From the NCBI RefSeq assembly GCF_006345805.1, contig NC_043013.1, forward strand, positions 44,330,001-44,394,000: a stretch of 64,000 bases of DNA, in the 5' to 3' direction. The notes beneath the pieces are model-generated. The model searched no databases. It worked only from the letters and a program-made list of their open reading frames with translations, and was not told the origin of the DNA. This stretch comes from Octopus sinensis. Lineage: Eukaryota. The position numbers and the translations under genes are program-made. Each line of letters begins with the position of its first letter. Within the stretch, counting starts at the first letter, position 1. Shown one piece after another: positions 46,451-59,519 of this stretch.

Positions 46451-47256
46451 GACGAGAGAGTCAAAGAGGAAGAGTGAGAGAGAGAGAGTGAGAGAGTGAG
46501 ATTGTTTTTGTATTATTCTATGGTCTTATTTATAAGGTTGGATACCTGTTTTACAAACCACATGGTTCCAGGTTCACTCCCACTGCATGGCACTTTGAGC
46601 AAGTGTCTTCTATTATAGCCTCGGGCCGACCAAAACCTTCTGAGTGGATTTGGTAGACGGAAACTGAAAGAAGCCCATCATATATATGTATATAGATATA
46701 TGTATGTGTGTGTGTATATGTTTGTGTGTCTTTGTTTGTCACCCCCCCCCTCAACATCGCTTGACAACCGATGCTGGTGTGTTTACGTCCCCGTAAAGAG
46801 GAGAGGAGAAGAATGGGGAAGGGTGGGAGAGAAAGCCAGAAAGAATGAAGAACAAGAGAGGAATATATTCTTATATACCCTTTAAGGTGGCTACAATCAA
46901 ATGATTGAAACAAGTAAAAGAATAAAAGAATAATCAGTATTACATTTGACAAAGTAATCTAAATACTTGAGATGGTTAATTCCTGATTGTAAACAAGAAT
47001 TCTCCATTAAAGAATTTTAAATCTGGCAATGATGATTTTATTAGTTACAAGAATGTTCTCATAATCCTTTGATACACAATGCATTAGCTATGGGTCACTT
47101 GAATAATTTCATTCAGATGAGGGAAGTCAAGAAGGTCTTTGAATGTTACAGAGTTCAGAACATAATTGTTCCGATCTAACCGTAAAGAACTAATAACAAA
47201 ATATAAAAAAAAACATTTAGCAGAGAAAAAAAGATTACAAAAAGAAACCAAGTATA

Positions 47257-47675
47257 GGCGCAGGAGTGGCTGTGTGGTAAGTAGCTTGCTTACCAACCAC
47301 ATGGTTCCGGGTTCGGTCCCACTGCGTGGCATCTTGGGCAAGTGTCTTCTGCTATAGCCCCGGGCCGACCAATGCCTTGTGAGTGGATTTGGTAGACGGA
47401 AACTGAAAGAAGCCTGTCGTATATATGTATATATATGTATATATGTATGTGTGTGTTTGTGTGTCTGTGTTTGTACCCCTAGCATTGCTTGACAACCGAT
47501 GCTGGTGTGTTTACGTCCCCGTCACTCTCGCAGTTCGGCAAAAAGAGACCGATAGAATAAGTCCTGGGCTTACAAAAGGAATAAGTCCCGGGGTCGATTT
47601 GCTCGACTAAAGGCGGTGCTCCAGCATGGCCGCAGTCAAATGACTGAAACAAGTAAAAGAGTAAAGAGAGAGTAA
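47257..47675 (+). mobile_element. SINE family 1, full length
   Basis: Consensus match. Further copies at 31341, 32540, 36531, 38045, 45045, 46555, 48825, 49240, 54060, 54470, 59530, 60605 and 63200. Confidence 0.9.
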
Positions 47676-48039
47676 ATAGCTCAAAACGCTGTCACGTCTT
47701 CATTCAATGTACAACACACACACATGTGTGTGTGTGTGTGGATATGTTACATGCTATATTGAAGACATGTATCTGAGTATGTGCACATGCAGCTATGAAT
47801 CTATCTGTATGTATGTGTGTATGTGTGTCGCCTCGGCAGTCGTCCCTATTTTTCTCACCTACACAACACAAATGTATCCAGTGAAGAAGAGTCCTTCTCA
47901 TGACTACAGATGCTCCTTAATACTAACACTTTTTCACTACTTTTTTTATGCTTAACTTTTTTTAAAATTTTATTTTTGTTTTTTGTTCTCTTTTACTGTC
48001 TTCCTTTTCATCCAATCCTTCATCTTTTTTTCGTTTTCC

Positions 48040-48560
48040 TTCTGAATGTTGTTGCAGTAGTAGTGGTGATAGTGGTTGCGGTGGTGGAGGTGAGTAGTGG
48101 TGGTGGTGGTGGTAGCAGTAGTAGAATTAGTAGTGGTGGTGGTGGTGGTGGTAGCAGTAGTAGAATTAGTAGTGGTGGTGGTTGTAGTGGTGGTGGTGGT
48201 AGCAGTAGTAGAATTAGTAGTGGTGGTGGTTGTGGTGGTGGAGGTGGTGGTAGAGGTGGTGGTGGTGGTGGTGGTAGTAACATTAGTAGAATTAGTAGTG
48301 GTGGTGGTGGTGGTGGTGATAGCAGTAGTAGTATTAGTAGTGGTGGTGATCGTGGTGGGGGGTGATACTGGTGGTGATACTACTACCACCACCACCACCA
48401 CCACCACCACCAGTATTGCTTACAGGTTCCTCAGTTTTTCTTTCTGTTCCACTTAATTCTTTCTTCCCTTCCATTCATTTCTCCTTCTTCTCCACCCTAA
48501 CAAGTGCTTGGGCACACACACAACCATCACCACCACCACCACCACCACCACCAACCCCAA
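48040..48560. repeat. (GGT)n/(AGT)n tract with a 36-39 bp higher-order unit, followed by (ACC)n
   Basis: GGTAGCAGTAGTAGAATTAGTAGTGGTGGT recurs about 5 times. Confidence 0.9.
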
Positions 48561-50337
48561 TTTGTTTTCTTTTGACTTTCTCCATCAAACTTTCTTAACA
48601 GCTGGTCCCCATCTTTAGAGATTCTCAGAACCTCTTTTCCCTGTCCACGCCTCTCATGCACCTACCCACCAAATACTATAGTCCATTCCCCTGAACCTTT
48701 CCCTCCATCACTCCAACTAACTGATTGGAAGGAGGAAGGGAGGGGGACAATGAGGGGGGGTAGAAAACTAGGAGTAGAATGACTACCACCACCACCACCA
48801 CCACACCATCATCTCCACCACCATGCTTACCAACCACATGGTTCCGGGTTCAGTCCCACTGCGTGGCACCTTGGGCAAGTGTCTTTTACTATAGCCTCGG
48901 CCGACCAAACCTTGTGAGTGGATTTGGTAGATGGAAACTGAAAGAGGCCCGTCGTATATATATATATGTGTGTGTATGTATATGTTTGTGCGTGTGTGTT
49001 TGTCCCCCCCTAACATCGCTTGACAACCGATGCTGGTGTGTTTACGTTCCCGTCACTTAGTGGTTTGGCAAGAGAGACCAATAGTATAAGTACTAGGCTT
49101 ACAAAGAATAAGTCCTGGGGTCGATTTGCTCATCTAAAGGCGGTGCTCCAGCATGGCCACAGTCAAATGACTGAAACAAAAATAAACGACTTTATCAATT
49201 TTGAACTGATTATGAAATCAATATATTCTGATGTAACACTGTGTGGCACCTTGGGCCAGTGTGTTCTACTATAGCCTTGAGCTGACCAAAATCTTGTGAG
49301 TGGATTTGATAGTTGGAAACTAAAAGAAGCCGTTAGTGTGTGTGTGTGTGCCACTTCTTGACAACCAGTGTTGATGTGTTTATGTTCTCGCAACTTAGTG
49401 ATTCAGCAAAAGAGATTGATAGAATAAGTGCTAGGCTTAAAATTGTTTTAAAGGCAGTGCCCCATCAGCACTGTAGTCTAATGACTGCAGCTAGTAAAAG
49501 ATAAAATATGTATGTATGTTTGTATGTATGTAGGTATATACGTATGCATGCATGCATAGATCCATATCTGAGGCAACTTTCCCTGCCAGCAAATTGAAAT
49601 CTAGCACAGTGGGGATAATTGGATAATTCCCTCAAAGTGTCAGTATGTATGTATGGATGCATGCACACATCCATCCATACCAAATCCGAATCACTCCCTA
49701 CCAGTAGGCTGAAATTTAAGCACAATGGAGAAAACTCCCTCAAAGTGCCAGGTGTTAAAACACAGGGAGAATCATTCAGTTAACCCCCAATTTGGTTCAG
49801 GTATGTGATGTTGATAAGTTATAAAAATGATGAATTAATGAGATCCAAGTGGAGGCGCAATGGCCCAGTGGTTAGGGCAGCGGACTCATGGTCGGAGGAT
49901 TGCAGTTTCGATTCCCAGACTGGGCGTTGTGTGTGTTTATTGAGTGAAAACACCTAAAAGCTCCACGAGGCTCCGGCAGGGGGTGGTGGCGACCCCTGTT
50001 GTACTCTTTCGCCCCAACTTTCTCTCACTCCTTTTTCCTGTTTCTTGAGTAACGCTGCAATGGACTGACGTCCCGTGCAGCTGGGGGGAACATATAAACC
50101 ATAGAAACCAGTAAACCAGGCCCATGAGCCTGGCTAGGCTTGAAAAGGGTACATAAATAATTAAAAAAAGTGGTATCCATCACTGTGGCATTTGGGGTGA
50201 GTTGTCTTGTCTGTCTATGACCCCATACTTTGAGAGAGTCTTTCTCACCATGCCAAATCACAGCCTACTATAAAGCCATGCCTGCACTAATATCAACACT
50301 TCTAGGATTTATACTTTTTAAGCTTTAGTGACATTAA

Positions 50338-50557
50338 CCCTTTTGATACCAACTGGCTGAAACCACTCTGGCTCTGTAGTACAAATGTCTTGTTTTCATA
50401 AGTTTTGAATTAAAATCTTCCACCAAACCTTAGTCACAATTTATGTTCCTAACTCTAGCTGAATGATAACCAAGTTATTTTACTAAATTCTTTGTTATAT
50501 TTAAAATTAATTGAAAGAAACTCAGAGCATCTCAAAATAAATTCGGTAACAAAAGGG
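50338..50557. mobile_element. piggyBac-type MITE
   Basis: TTAA|CCCTTT...AAAGGG|TTAA, homologous to 3552-3762 in the opposite orientation. Confidence 0.9.
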
Positions 50558-50585
50558 TTAAAGATGAAATAATTCAGAATATATA

Positions 50586-50997
50586 TTTCTTTATTGCCCA
50601 CGTGGGGCTAAACATAGAGGGGCAAACAAGGACAGACAAGGGGATTAAGTCGATTACATCGACCCCAGTGATTAACTGGTACTTATTTAATCAACCCCGA
50701 AAGGATGAAAGGCAAAGTCGACCTCGACGGAATTTAAACTCAGAACGTAATGGCAGATGAAATACCTATTTCTTTACTAGCCACAAGGGGCTAAACACAG
50801 TGAGGACAAACAAGGACAGACAAACGGATTAAGTCGATATATCGACCCCAGTACGTAACTGGTACTTATTTAATCGACCCTGAAACGATGGAAGGCAAAG
50901 TCGACCTCGGTGAAATTTGAACTCAGAACGTAGCAGCAGACGAAATACGGCTGCGCATTTCACCTGGCATGCTAACATTTCTGCCAGTTCGCAGCCT
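50586..50997 (-). mobile_element. SINE family 2 with two tandem body modules
   Basis: Reverse complement of the array layout at 25832. Confidence 0.9.
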
Positions 50998-51104
50998 TAT
51001 ATTTCAGAATATAGAAAATTCCCTAGGGAACATCACTGATAAATATCAAATCACAGTTTGATTTGCTATTTACTCCTATCAGACAACCACATCTTTTAGC
51101 CCAT

Positions 51105-51295
51105 AGATGTGGATCGAAGGTTGGAGTGTATTTTGTGAGTGTCTTTATGGCAATCAGTCAAGGCCCCTTTCTCTTGATGTGGTGTAAGGTGTCAAGGGTG
51201 CAGCAACAGCAGCACCATCTGAGGCATAGAAGTAGTGTGCTAATATGGGGGTTTTATCTGGGTTTTATAACTGGGTGGGGGTCAGTAGTTGTAGG
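51105..51295 (-). mobile_element. CR1-group LINE RT C-terminal fragment
   Basis: Minus translation LLTPTQL..YKTQIKP..DGAAV..NTLQP matches the CR1 segment at 7200-7360. A second diverged copy lies at 52526-52683. Confidence 0.6.
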
Positions 51296-51399
51296 TGGTG
51301 AACGAGGTGGTGAAGGTCGAGGTGAAGGGATTTTCGGGCTTATAATCATAATATTACACCCTTTCCCTTGATTCTGCATCTATGGGAAACCTCCCACTG

Positions 51400-51667
51400 T
51401 CACCCCCCCCCGCTCCCACTGAAGCCACCACCACCCCTGTCACCATTACTACTACCACTACCACCACCACAATCACCCCCACTACTACAACTACTACAGC
51501 CACCACCACCCCTGTCACCATTACTACTACCACCACCACCACCACCACCACCACAATCACCCCACTACTACAGCCACCACCACCACCCCTGTCACCATTA
51601 CTACAACCACCACCACCACAACCGGTATCGCCACTACTACAACTACCACCATTGCTGCTACTGCAGT

Positions 51668-51710
<43 letters not shown>

Positions 51711-52520
51711 GCTGTTGCTGCTGCTGCTGCTACTACTTTTACTACCACAGCAACCACATGACCACAGCCATCCCTGCTACCACCAGCTCTGTTAGCCATA
51801 AACAATACCATTACACTAAATGACCCCTTCATACCTCAAACCCTGCCAAAACTTGACATGGCCCTGTCAGAATAAGTTCCCCCACTAAACTCACTGAACT
51901 CACATCGTATGGTATCACACACCTCACTTCACCTAACTGTTGGGAGTGGGGGAGGGGATAGGCAGATTTCTTCATCAGGGTTCTTGGTCAGGTCTGGCCC
52001 CTTGCCTCTGTATGGAGTAGGAGGACAAGGTATAGGGGAGAGCAGAGGGAGAGAGAGAGAGAAAGGAGGAGGACAGTGGGGAGGATATCCAGCAGAGTCC
52101 AGTCAGGTCCACATTGCTAGGGATCTGATTACTTTAGGATAATGTTAGGGGAGAAAGACTGTTGTTGTTGTTATTGTTGTTGTTGCTGCTGCTGTTGCTT
52201 TTAGTGTTCCTGGTGGTGATGATGGTGGTGGTGGTGGTAGTGGTGGTGGTGGTTGTGGTGGTGGTGGAGGTTGTGGTGTGGTGGTGGTGGTGGTGGTGGT
52301 GGTGGTCTGAGGTGGTGGTGGTAGTGATAGTGGTGGTGGTGGTCTGAGGTGGTGGTGGTTGTGGTGGTGGTGGTGGTAGTTGTGGTTGTGGTGGTTGTGG
52401 TGGTGTGGTCTGAGGTGGTGGTGGTAGTGGTGGTCTGAGGTGGTGGTGGTTGTGGTGGTAGTGATAGTGGTGGTGGTGGTTGTGGTGGTGGTCTGAGGTG
52501 GTGGTGGTGGTTGTGGTTGT
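51400..52520. repeat. (ACC/CTA)n tract (51400-51790) and opposing (GGT/TGT)n tract (52150-52520)
   Basis: Direct reading. Confidence 0.9.
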
Positions 52521-52794
52521 AGTACCTTTATGGCAATCAGTCAAGTCACCTTTTGTCTTGGTGTGGTGTAAGATATGCCAAGTTGCAGCAACACAGCATC
52601 TTCTGAGATGTGGAAGCGGTTGTGCCAATGTGGGTTTTTACCTGAGCTTTTTTTATAGCCGTGTGGGTGGAGTCAGTAGTTGTTGTGTCTACCAGTTCCA
52701 CTCACAAGGCTTTGGGAATGAACCTGGAACCATAGGGTCAGGAAGTAAACTTCTTACCACACAACCATACCTGCACCTATATATATAGATATTC

Positions 52795-53384
52795 CTTCTT
52801 TTATTCTTTTACTGGTTTCAGTAATTTTCCTGTGGCCATGCTGGAGCACCACTTTGAAGGGTTTTAGTCAAATAAATCAACATTGGGACTTATTTTCTTT
52901 TATTAAACCTAGCACTTATTCTATTAGTCTTTTTTTGTCAAACCACTAAGTTATAGGGATGTAAACAGACCATCACCAGTTGTCAAGCAGTGGCGGTGGT
53001 GGGGGGGACAAACGCATACACAAAGACACATACATAATTACATGCATGCACACACACATACACAAAGACACACAATAGGCTTCTTTCAGTTTCTGTCCAC
53101 CAAATCCACTCGCAAGGCTTTGGTCAGCCTGAGACTATAATAGAAGAAATTTGTTCAAGGTGCCATGCAGTGGGACTGAACTCAGAGCCATGTTGTTGGG
53201 AAGCAAGAAGCAAGCTTCTTACTATACAGTCACATTTGTGCCTATGTTTACCAACCACATGGTTCCGGGTTCACTCCTACCGCGTGGCACCTTGGGCAAG
53301 TGTCTTCTACTATAGCCTCGGGCCGACCAAAGCCTTGTGAGTGGATTTGGTAGACGGAAACTGAAAGAAGCCCGTCGTATATAT

Positions 53385-53421
<37 letters not shown>

Positions 53422-53620
53422 CTTGTGTGTCTGTGTTTGTCCCCCTAGCATTGCTTGACAACCGATGCTGGTGTGTTTACGTCCCCGTCACTTAGCAGTT
53501 CGACAAAAGAGACTGATAGAATAAGTACTGGGCTTACAAAGAATAAGTCCCAGGGTCGAGTTGCTCGATTAAAGGCGGTGCTCCAGCATGGCCGCAGTCA
53601 AATGACTGAAACAAGTAAAA
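52795..53620. mobile_element. Head-to-head pair of family-1 SINEs
   Basis: An old minus copy (52795-53240) and a young plus copy (53246-53620). Confidence 0.85.
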
Positions 53621-53637
53621 AAAATATATATATATTC

Positions 53638-53911
53638 GGATCTGCTGTTTGGCTCACAGATTTTTTTAATTAATTTTTTTTTAACTAAACAGTTTGAAAC
53701 TTCGTATACTGGTGGAATGTCTCAGGCAGAACGCAGTTTACTTTGAACATTTTTAACAAAATTTGGTATTTTAGAAGTTATTTCATGTTAAAGTTGTCGT
53801 ATTTGGGTAATTTCAACCAATCAATGACGTGTATTCGGTTGAAGAAAGCTACTGCTGTTTATGATAGCAATCAAAGAGGAAAAAAATCTGTGAGCCAAAC
53901 TGAACAGATCC
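53638..53911. mobile_element. Merlin-like GGATC MITE, third subfamily
   Basis: TIR GGATCTG(C/TTC)..GTTTGGCTCACAGATTTTTTT, with the shared internal AAACTTCGTATACTGGT motif. No clear TSD. Confidence 0.7.
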
Positions 53912-54662
53912 CCTTTTTCTTCTTTCTTTCTTTTTCACGACATGATAGAGAGATTTAGCTGCTCTTTTGAGCAGATCATATGACCACATTAGTGGCTCAT
54001 TTGCTAGACCTTAGGGGTGAGAAGAAGATTTTACACACAGACACACACATCAATATCACTTATCTTTTACTAGTCTCAATCATTGGGCTGTGGCCATGCT
54101 GGAGTACTACCTTGAATGGTTTCGGTGAACAAATCAACCCTTGTACTTATTTAAGTCTGGTATTTATTCTATAAGCCTTTTGTACCAAATCACCAAGTTG
54201 CAGGGCCATAAACAAACCAACGCTGGTAGCCAAGCAGTGAAGAGGGGTGAGGAGCACAGACACAAACACAAAGACACACATTCATACATACACACATGAA
54301 TATAAAATATAGCCTCTTGTCTCCCAAAGCCATCGACAAGGCCCTGGTCAGCTAGAGGCTATAGTAGGGGACACTTGCTCAAAGTGCCACACAGCAGGAT
54401 TGAACCCAAGACCACATGATTGGGAAGTAAGCTTCTTAATCACAGCCATGTGATTTTATATTTATATCTTTTCTTTTATCTTTTACTTGTTTTGGTCACT
54501 TGACCGTGGCCATACTGGGGCATCACCTTCAAGAGTTTTTAGTCAAAAGAATTGACAGAAGGACTTTGGTTTTTTTTAAAGCCTGGTACTTATTCCATCA
54601 GTCTCTTTTGCTGAACTGCTATGTTATGGGGATGTAAAAAAACCAACACCAGTTGTCTTGAA

Positions 54663-54896
54663 GGCGGCGAGCCAGCAGAAACGTTAGCACGTCGGGCAAA
54701 ACGCTTAGGGGTATTTCGTCTGCCATTACGTTCTGAGTTCAAATTCCGCTGAGGTCGACTTTGCCTTTCATCCCTTTCGGGGTCGATAAATTAAGTACCA
54801 GTTACGCACTGGGGTCGATATAATCAACTTAATCCGTTTGTCTGTCCTTGTTTGTCCTCTCTGTGTTTAGCCCCCTGTGGGTAGTAAAGAAATAGG
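54663..54896 (+). mobile_element. SINE family 2
   Basis: Consensus match. Confidence 0.9.
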
Positions 54897-54928
54897 TGGT
54901 GGGGGACCCACACACACACATACATACA

Positions 54929-56167
54929 TCAGGTTGAGTAAAAAGTATGCAATGCTTTGAATCATGAAGAATTTGTACTGGATTTTAGCAGAGTTTTTAA
55001 TTTTTTTGAAACATTTTTTTGCGATTGTAACATTGATACCTTTTCTGCTGTTGTTACAATCATCTGAAATGGAACTGTCAAAGCACAATTGTCAAGCAAT
55101 TTTGCTATTCAACTTCAAATAAGGACATAAAGCAGCTGAAACTGCTCACAATATCAATGAAACATTTGGCGAGGAAATGACCAGTGAGTGGTCAGCTCGA
55201 AAATGGTTTAAACGATTTCACAGAGGAGACCTGAGCCTTGAAGATTCTGAGCATAGAGAACGCCCATCTGTCATTGATGACGGTCAATTATAGACCATCA
55301 TTGAGAAAGATCCATGTAAAACCACTTGAGAACTGGACAAAAGAACTTCAAGTTAGCCAGAAAACTGCCTGCAACCATTTGCATGTGATAGAAAAATCAA
55401 AAAAGCTTGATAAATGGGTACCACATGATTTAAGTGAAAATCATAAAATGCACAGATATGAGATTTGCTCATCACTTCTCCATAAGCAGGCCAATCCATT
55501 TCTCAACCATATTGTAACTTGCGATGAAAAGTAGATTCTGTACAAAAATAAAAACATTTTTCACAGTGGTTGGGACAAAATGATGCACTGAAAACCTTTC
55601 CTAGACCTGAGCTCTTCAAAAAGAAGGTTATGGTGACTGTTTGGTGATGTACTGCTGGAATGATTCACTATAGCTTCTTAAAACCTGGAAAAACCATTAC
55701 TGCAGAAACATATTGCCATGAAATTGCCAAAATGAACAGAAAACTGCAACTCTTCTCTCCCAGACTGGTCAACAGAAGAGGGCCAATCATTCTTCATGAC
55801 AATGCTCGACCATATGTTTCATTAATGACACTCCAGAAGTTGAAGGAACTTGGCTATGAAGTTCTTCCTCACCCAACTTGTTCTCCAGACCTTTCTCCTA
55901 CCAACTATCACTTTTCAAGCACCTTGATGGTTTCCCGTGAGAGAAGGAGTTCAAAAATCAAACTGATGCTGAAAGTGCATTCAAAGAGTTCATCAGCTCC
56001 AAGGCTCCAGATTTTTATGATACTGGAATAAACAAACTTGTATCTTGTTGGAAAAAATGTGTTGATTATAATGGTATTTACTTTGATGAATAAAATTTCT
56101 GCATTGTTGAAATATATTGTGATGAATTTCATGTTTCAAAACTTTGCTTACTTTTCACTCATCCTGA
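54929..56167 (+). mobile_element. Full-length decayed mariner (DD34D class), about 1.24 kb
   Basis: TIRs TCAGGTTGAGTAAAAAGTA / TACTTTTCACTCATCCTGA, with TA on the right flank. Transposase motifs are inside. Confidence 0.95.
55069..56093 (+). pseudogene. Mariner transposase pseudogene
   Basis: MELSK...WFKRF, WVPHDL, TCDEK, HDNARP and SPDLSP motifs. The third catalytic D is replaced by N at spacing 34. Multiple stops and frameshifts. Confidence 0.95.
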
Positions 56168-56169
56168 TA

Positions 56170-56388
56170 CTCTTTACTCTTTTACTTGTTTCAGTCATTT
56201 GACTGTGGCCATGCTGGAGCACCGCCTTTTAGTCGAGCAAATCGACCCCGGAACTTATTCTTTGTAAGCCCAGTACTTATTCTATCAGTCTCTTTTGCCG
56301 AACCGCTAAGTAACGGGGACGTAAACACACCAGCATCGGTTGTCAAGCAATGCTAGGGGGACAAACACAGACACACAAACACACACAC

Positions 56389-56434
<46 letters not shown>

Positions 56435-56593
56435 CAGGCTTCTTTCAGTTTCCGTCTACCAAATCCACTCACAAGGCATTGGTTGGCCTGGGGCTATAGT
56501 AGAAGACACTTGCCCAAGGTGCCACGCAGTGGGACTACCCAGAACCATGTGGTTGGTTAGCAAGCTACTTACCACACAGCCACTCCTGCGCCT
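56170..56593 (-). mobile_element. SINE family 1, full length
   Basis: Consensus match; directly abuts the mariner right end. Confidence 0.9.
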
Positions 56594-56879
56594 TTAATAT
56601 GTAATTTTTTTATATACCCAGGCCTATTCCCCAATTTTTTAGGAGTAGGTAGCCACAACAAGACACACACAAGGCATTCCATTCATTTCCCAGCTCAAAG
56701 AATTGAAGGCCATTCTATGCTCAGGTCAAGGCATAGAATGCAACCCCGCCCCAATATCAGCAGTTGGGCCCAACAGCATATGCTGGTTTACCCCTACCAC
56801 ATTATGCTGGTTCTGTACTCCTTCGAGCAACATGAAATTTACTCATCCACCCACAGACACTCTCCAAGCTTTCCTATCA

Positions 56880-57045
56880 TTTATAAACTCTCTTGCCTCT
56901 CTCTCGCTCCAGCACCTCTAACCACCAAAGCTTTCCTCACTCCATCCATCCACACACACTGAGGTCTGCCTCTGGTTTCTGGTTCTGCTGCCCACACTTC
57001 TGCCTTCATCACTCTCCTTACCATCTGCTTCTCATCCATTCTCTC
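56880..57045 (-). mobile_element. RTE-clade LINE 3' coding fragment
   Basis: [15 protein letters not shown]...RGRPQCVWMDGVRKAL matches the RTE C-terminal RGRPxxxWxDxV motif. Confidence 0.7.
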
Positions 57046-57661
57046 TCCACACACACACACACACACACACGCACACACACAAACACACAAACACATACAC
57101 ACACAAACACACACACAAATACATACACACACAAACACACACACACAAACATATACACACACAAACACACATGTACGCACACACACACATACACACACAA
57201 ATACATACACACACACACAAACTCTCTCACACACATTCAAAATAAGCTTTAATTAAAATTTAATTTCAAGTTATAGTTATACTCACTTGCTCCTTATGCC
57301 CGATTCTGAAGTAACCCAAGCCCCAGTAAATACACCACCACACCCCACTGGTGCGGTATACACCCTACCTTGACAAAACACTGGCCTAGATGTTAACTCG
57401 ATGGATAAACAATGTGTGTTGGTCTCAACTGGATTCTAACAGGCATTCTGGTTATTTTGTAACCCATATCCTCTTATGATGATGTTACCAAAACCGACAA
57501 AACCATTCACGTGTCCCAACTTCTGTCCTCTTTATGAACTTAAGACTATATGGAAAGAACAGAACCCAAAAAATAACTGGTCTACCAGAATACACACAAA
57601 CACACGTATGCACATGCACACATACATACACACATGTGCACATGTAATTATGCATTATGTG

Positions 57662-57720
<59 letters not shown>

Positions 57721-57725
57721 TTATG

Positions 57726-57756
<31 letters not shown>

Positions 57757-58100
57757 GTATGTATATATATATGTATATATATATTATATGTATATATATA
57801 TGTATATATATGTGTATATATATATATATGTATATATATACACGCACACACAACTACACACACATACGACACGCACGCACACACATACACAAATGAACCC
57901 ACACATACATCCCACAATTATACATACACGCACACAATTATACATACATGTATACACACATACGCATGTACAAGCACACATACACTAAGTAAAGCACAGT
58001 TATTCACCACACACCCAAACTCTATGCATACACACACGAACACACACATACATACACACACACATGATACATATACATACATGCACACACACACATACTT
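57030..58100. repeat. (CA)n and long (TA)n/(TATG)n microsatellite tracts
   Basis: Direct reading. A unique block at 57245-57595 lies between the tracts. Confidence 0.9.
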
Positions 58101-58242
58101 CAAACTAGCAGTACCTACTACTGACCTGGGGTAAAGACAAAAGGAGCCACTCCCAATTCCTTCTTCCTTGACCTTAAACACTACTAAGCCCTAGTAGTGT
58201 TTTAGGTCTGACCAAAGTCTCATGAGTGGATATATATATATA

Positions 58243-59519
58243 TTGGGTCATCCCATAAATAATGCAGTTTTTTCAATTGCATGAACTAAAATTTGGAGGG
58301 GATGGGATAAACTACCCGCATGAACTTGCTATTAGAGCAGGTAGTAATTTTACCTTGTTCTTATTGTAAGTACAATTTTTGAAGAGTGCAGCTCGATTTT
58401 AACAGTTGTTTTTCAAACCTATTATGGAAGTAACAAAGGAACATATTTGGCATATTTTGTTTTATGAGTTCAATAAAGGAAACAATGCAACGGAAAATGT
58501 GAAGAATATTAATGCAGTATGTAGGATTGGAGACAAAAAGTATAAGCCAGTGTCAATGGTGTTTCCAGAAATTCCGAGCTGGAAACTACAGTGTAGAAGA
58601 TGAGCTTCATCCTGGAAGATCTGTAGAACTCGACAAGGATGTCTTGCAAACCCTGGTGCAACAAAATCCCATCATAACTGTTGAGGAACTGGCAGAGAAG
58701 CTTCCATTTGGTTATTCAACCATTCATCAACACCTGTGTGCCATCGGAAAAGTTAGCAAATTGGGTCAAGATGTTCCTCACAAACTTTCTGAATCTAATC
58801 ACATGAAGAGAGTGAATGTATGCTCTTCTTTGCTGTCATATCTCAGGAATGAACGTTTTTTGGACCGAATAGTGACTGGTGATGAGAAATGGGTTCTCTA
58901 TAAAAATGTCAAGTGCCAAAGACAGTGGGCAGAGAAAGGAAAAACACTAGCACCCTAGGCTAAAGAAAGTTTTTACCCATGTAAAGTGTTGTTATCTGTT
59001 TGGTGGGATATGAAAGGCTTAGTTCACTTTGGACTTTTAAACCCAAACCAAATGATAACAAAAGAGATCTACTGCAAGCAGCTCAAGTCAGTACAAGAAG
59101 AAAAACACCCATCTCTGGTTTCAAGACAAAAGGTGTTCTTCCATCAGGATAATGCTCGGCCACATACAGCGAGGATGACATTCCAAAGGCTGGAGCAGTT
59201 CGAACGGGAATTGATGCCCCACCCACCATATTCACCGAACGTTGACTCATCTGATTATCATTTATTCCGCAATCTTCAAAATCATTTGGACGGAAAAAAT
59301 ATGAATTCTGTGGACGAGGTCAGAACTGTACTGGAGGAGTATTTTTTGTCACAGACAAGTAAATTTTGGAAGAGGGGCCTTGTAAGTCTGCCAGATAGAT
59401 GGAAGAGCATTGTAGAAAATGAAGGAGAGTATATTTGAGATTAAAAAAGAAGCTTTTTTATCTTAATTTTGAAAAATAAAAGAAGTACGAAAAAAGCGCA
59501 TTATTCATTGATGAACCAA
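58243..59519 (+). mobile_element. Full-length mariner (DD34D), about 1.28 kb, different subfamily from 54929
   Basis: TA|TTGGGTCATCCCATAAATAATGC ... GCATTATTCATTGATGAACCAA|TA. Confidence 0.95.
58424..59438 (+). pseudogene. Mariner transposase pseudogene, lightly damaged
   Basis: MEVTKEH..., TGDEKW, HQDNARPH, and SDYHLF with exactly 34 residues between the second and third D. One frameshift near 58525 and one in-frame TAG at 58956-58958. Confidence 0.95.

Noticed and set aside
47910-48365. 151-aa ORF with a hydrophobic start and a Gly/Ser-rich body
   Set aside because: It derives from a T-rich tract plus (GGT)n. The overlapping frames are equally open, as expected for stop-free trinucleotide repeats.
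57287-57435. Minus-strand 149-nt open segment with a GTGAGT donor (NPVETNTHCLSIELTSRPVFCQGRVYTAPVG...)
   Set aside because: The acceptor is weak, no motif is recognised and there is no compatible neighbouring exon. Kept only as a place to check in RNA-seq.
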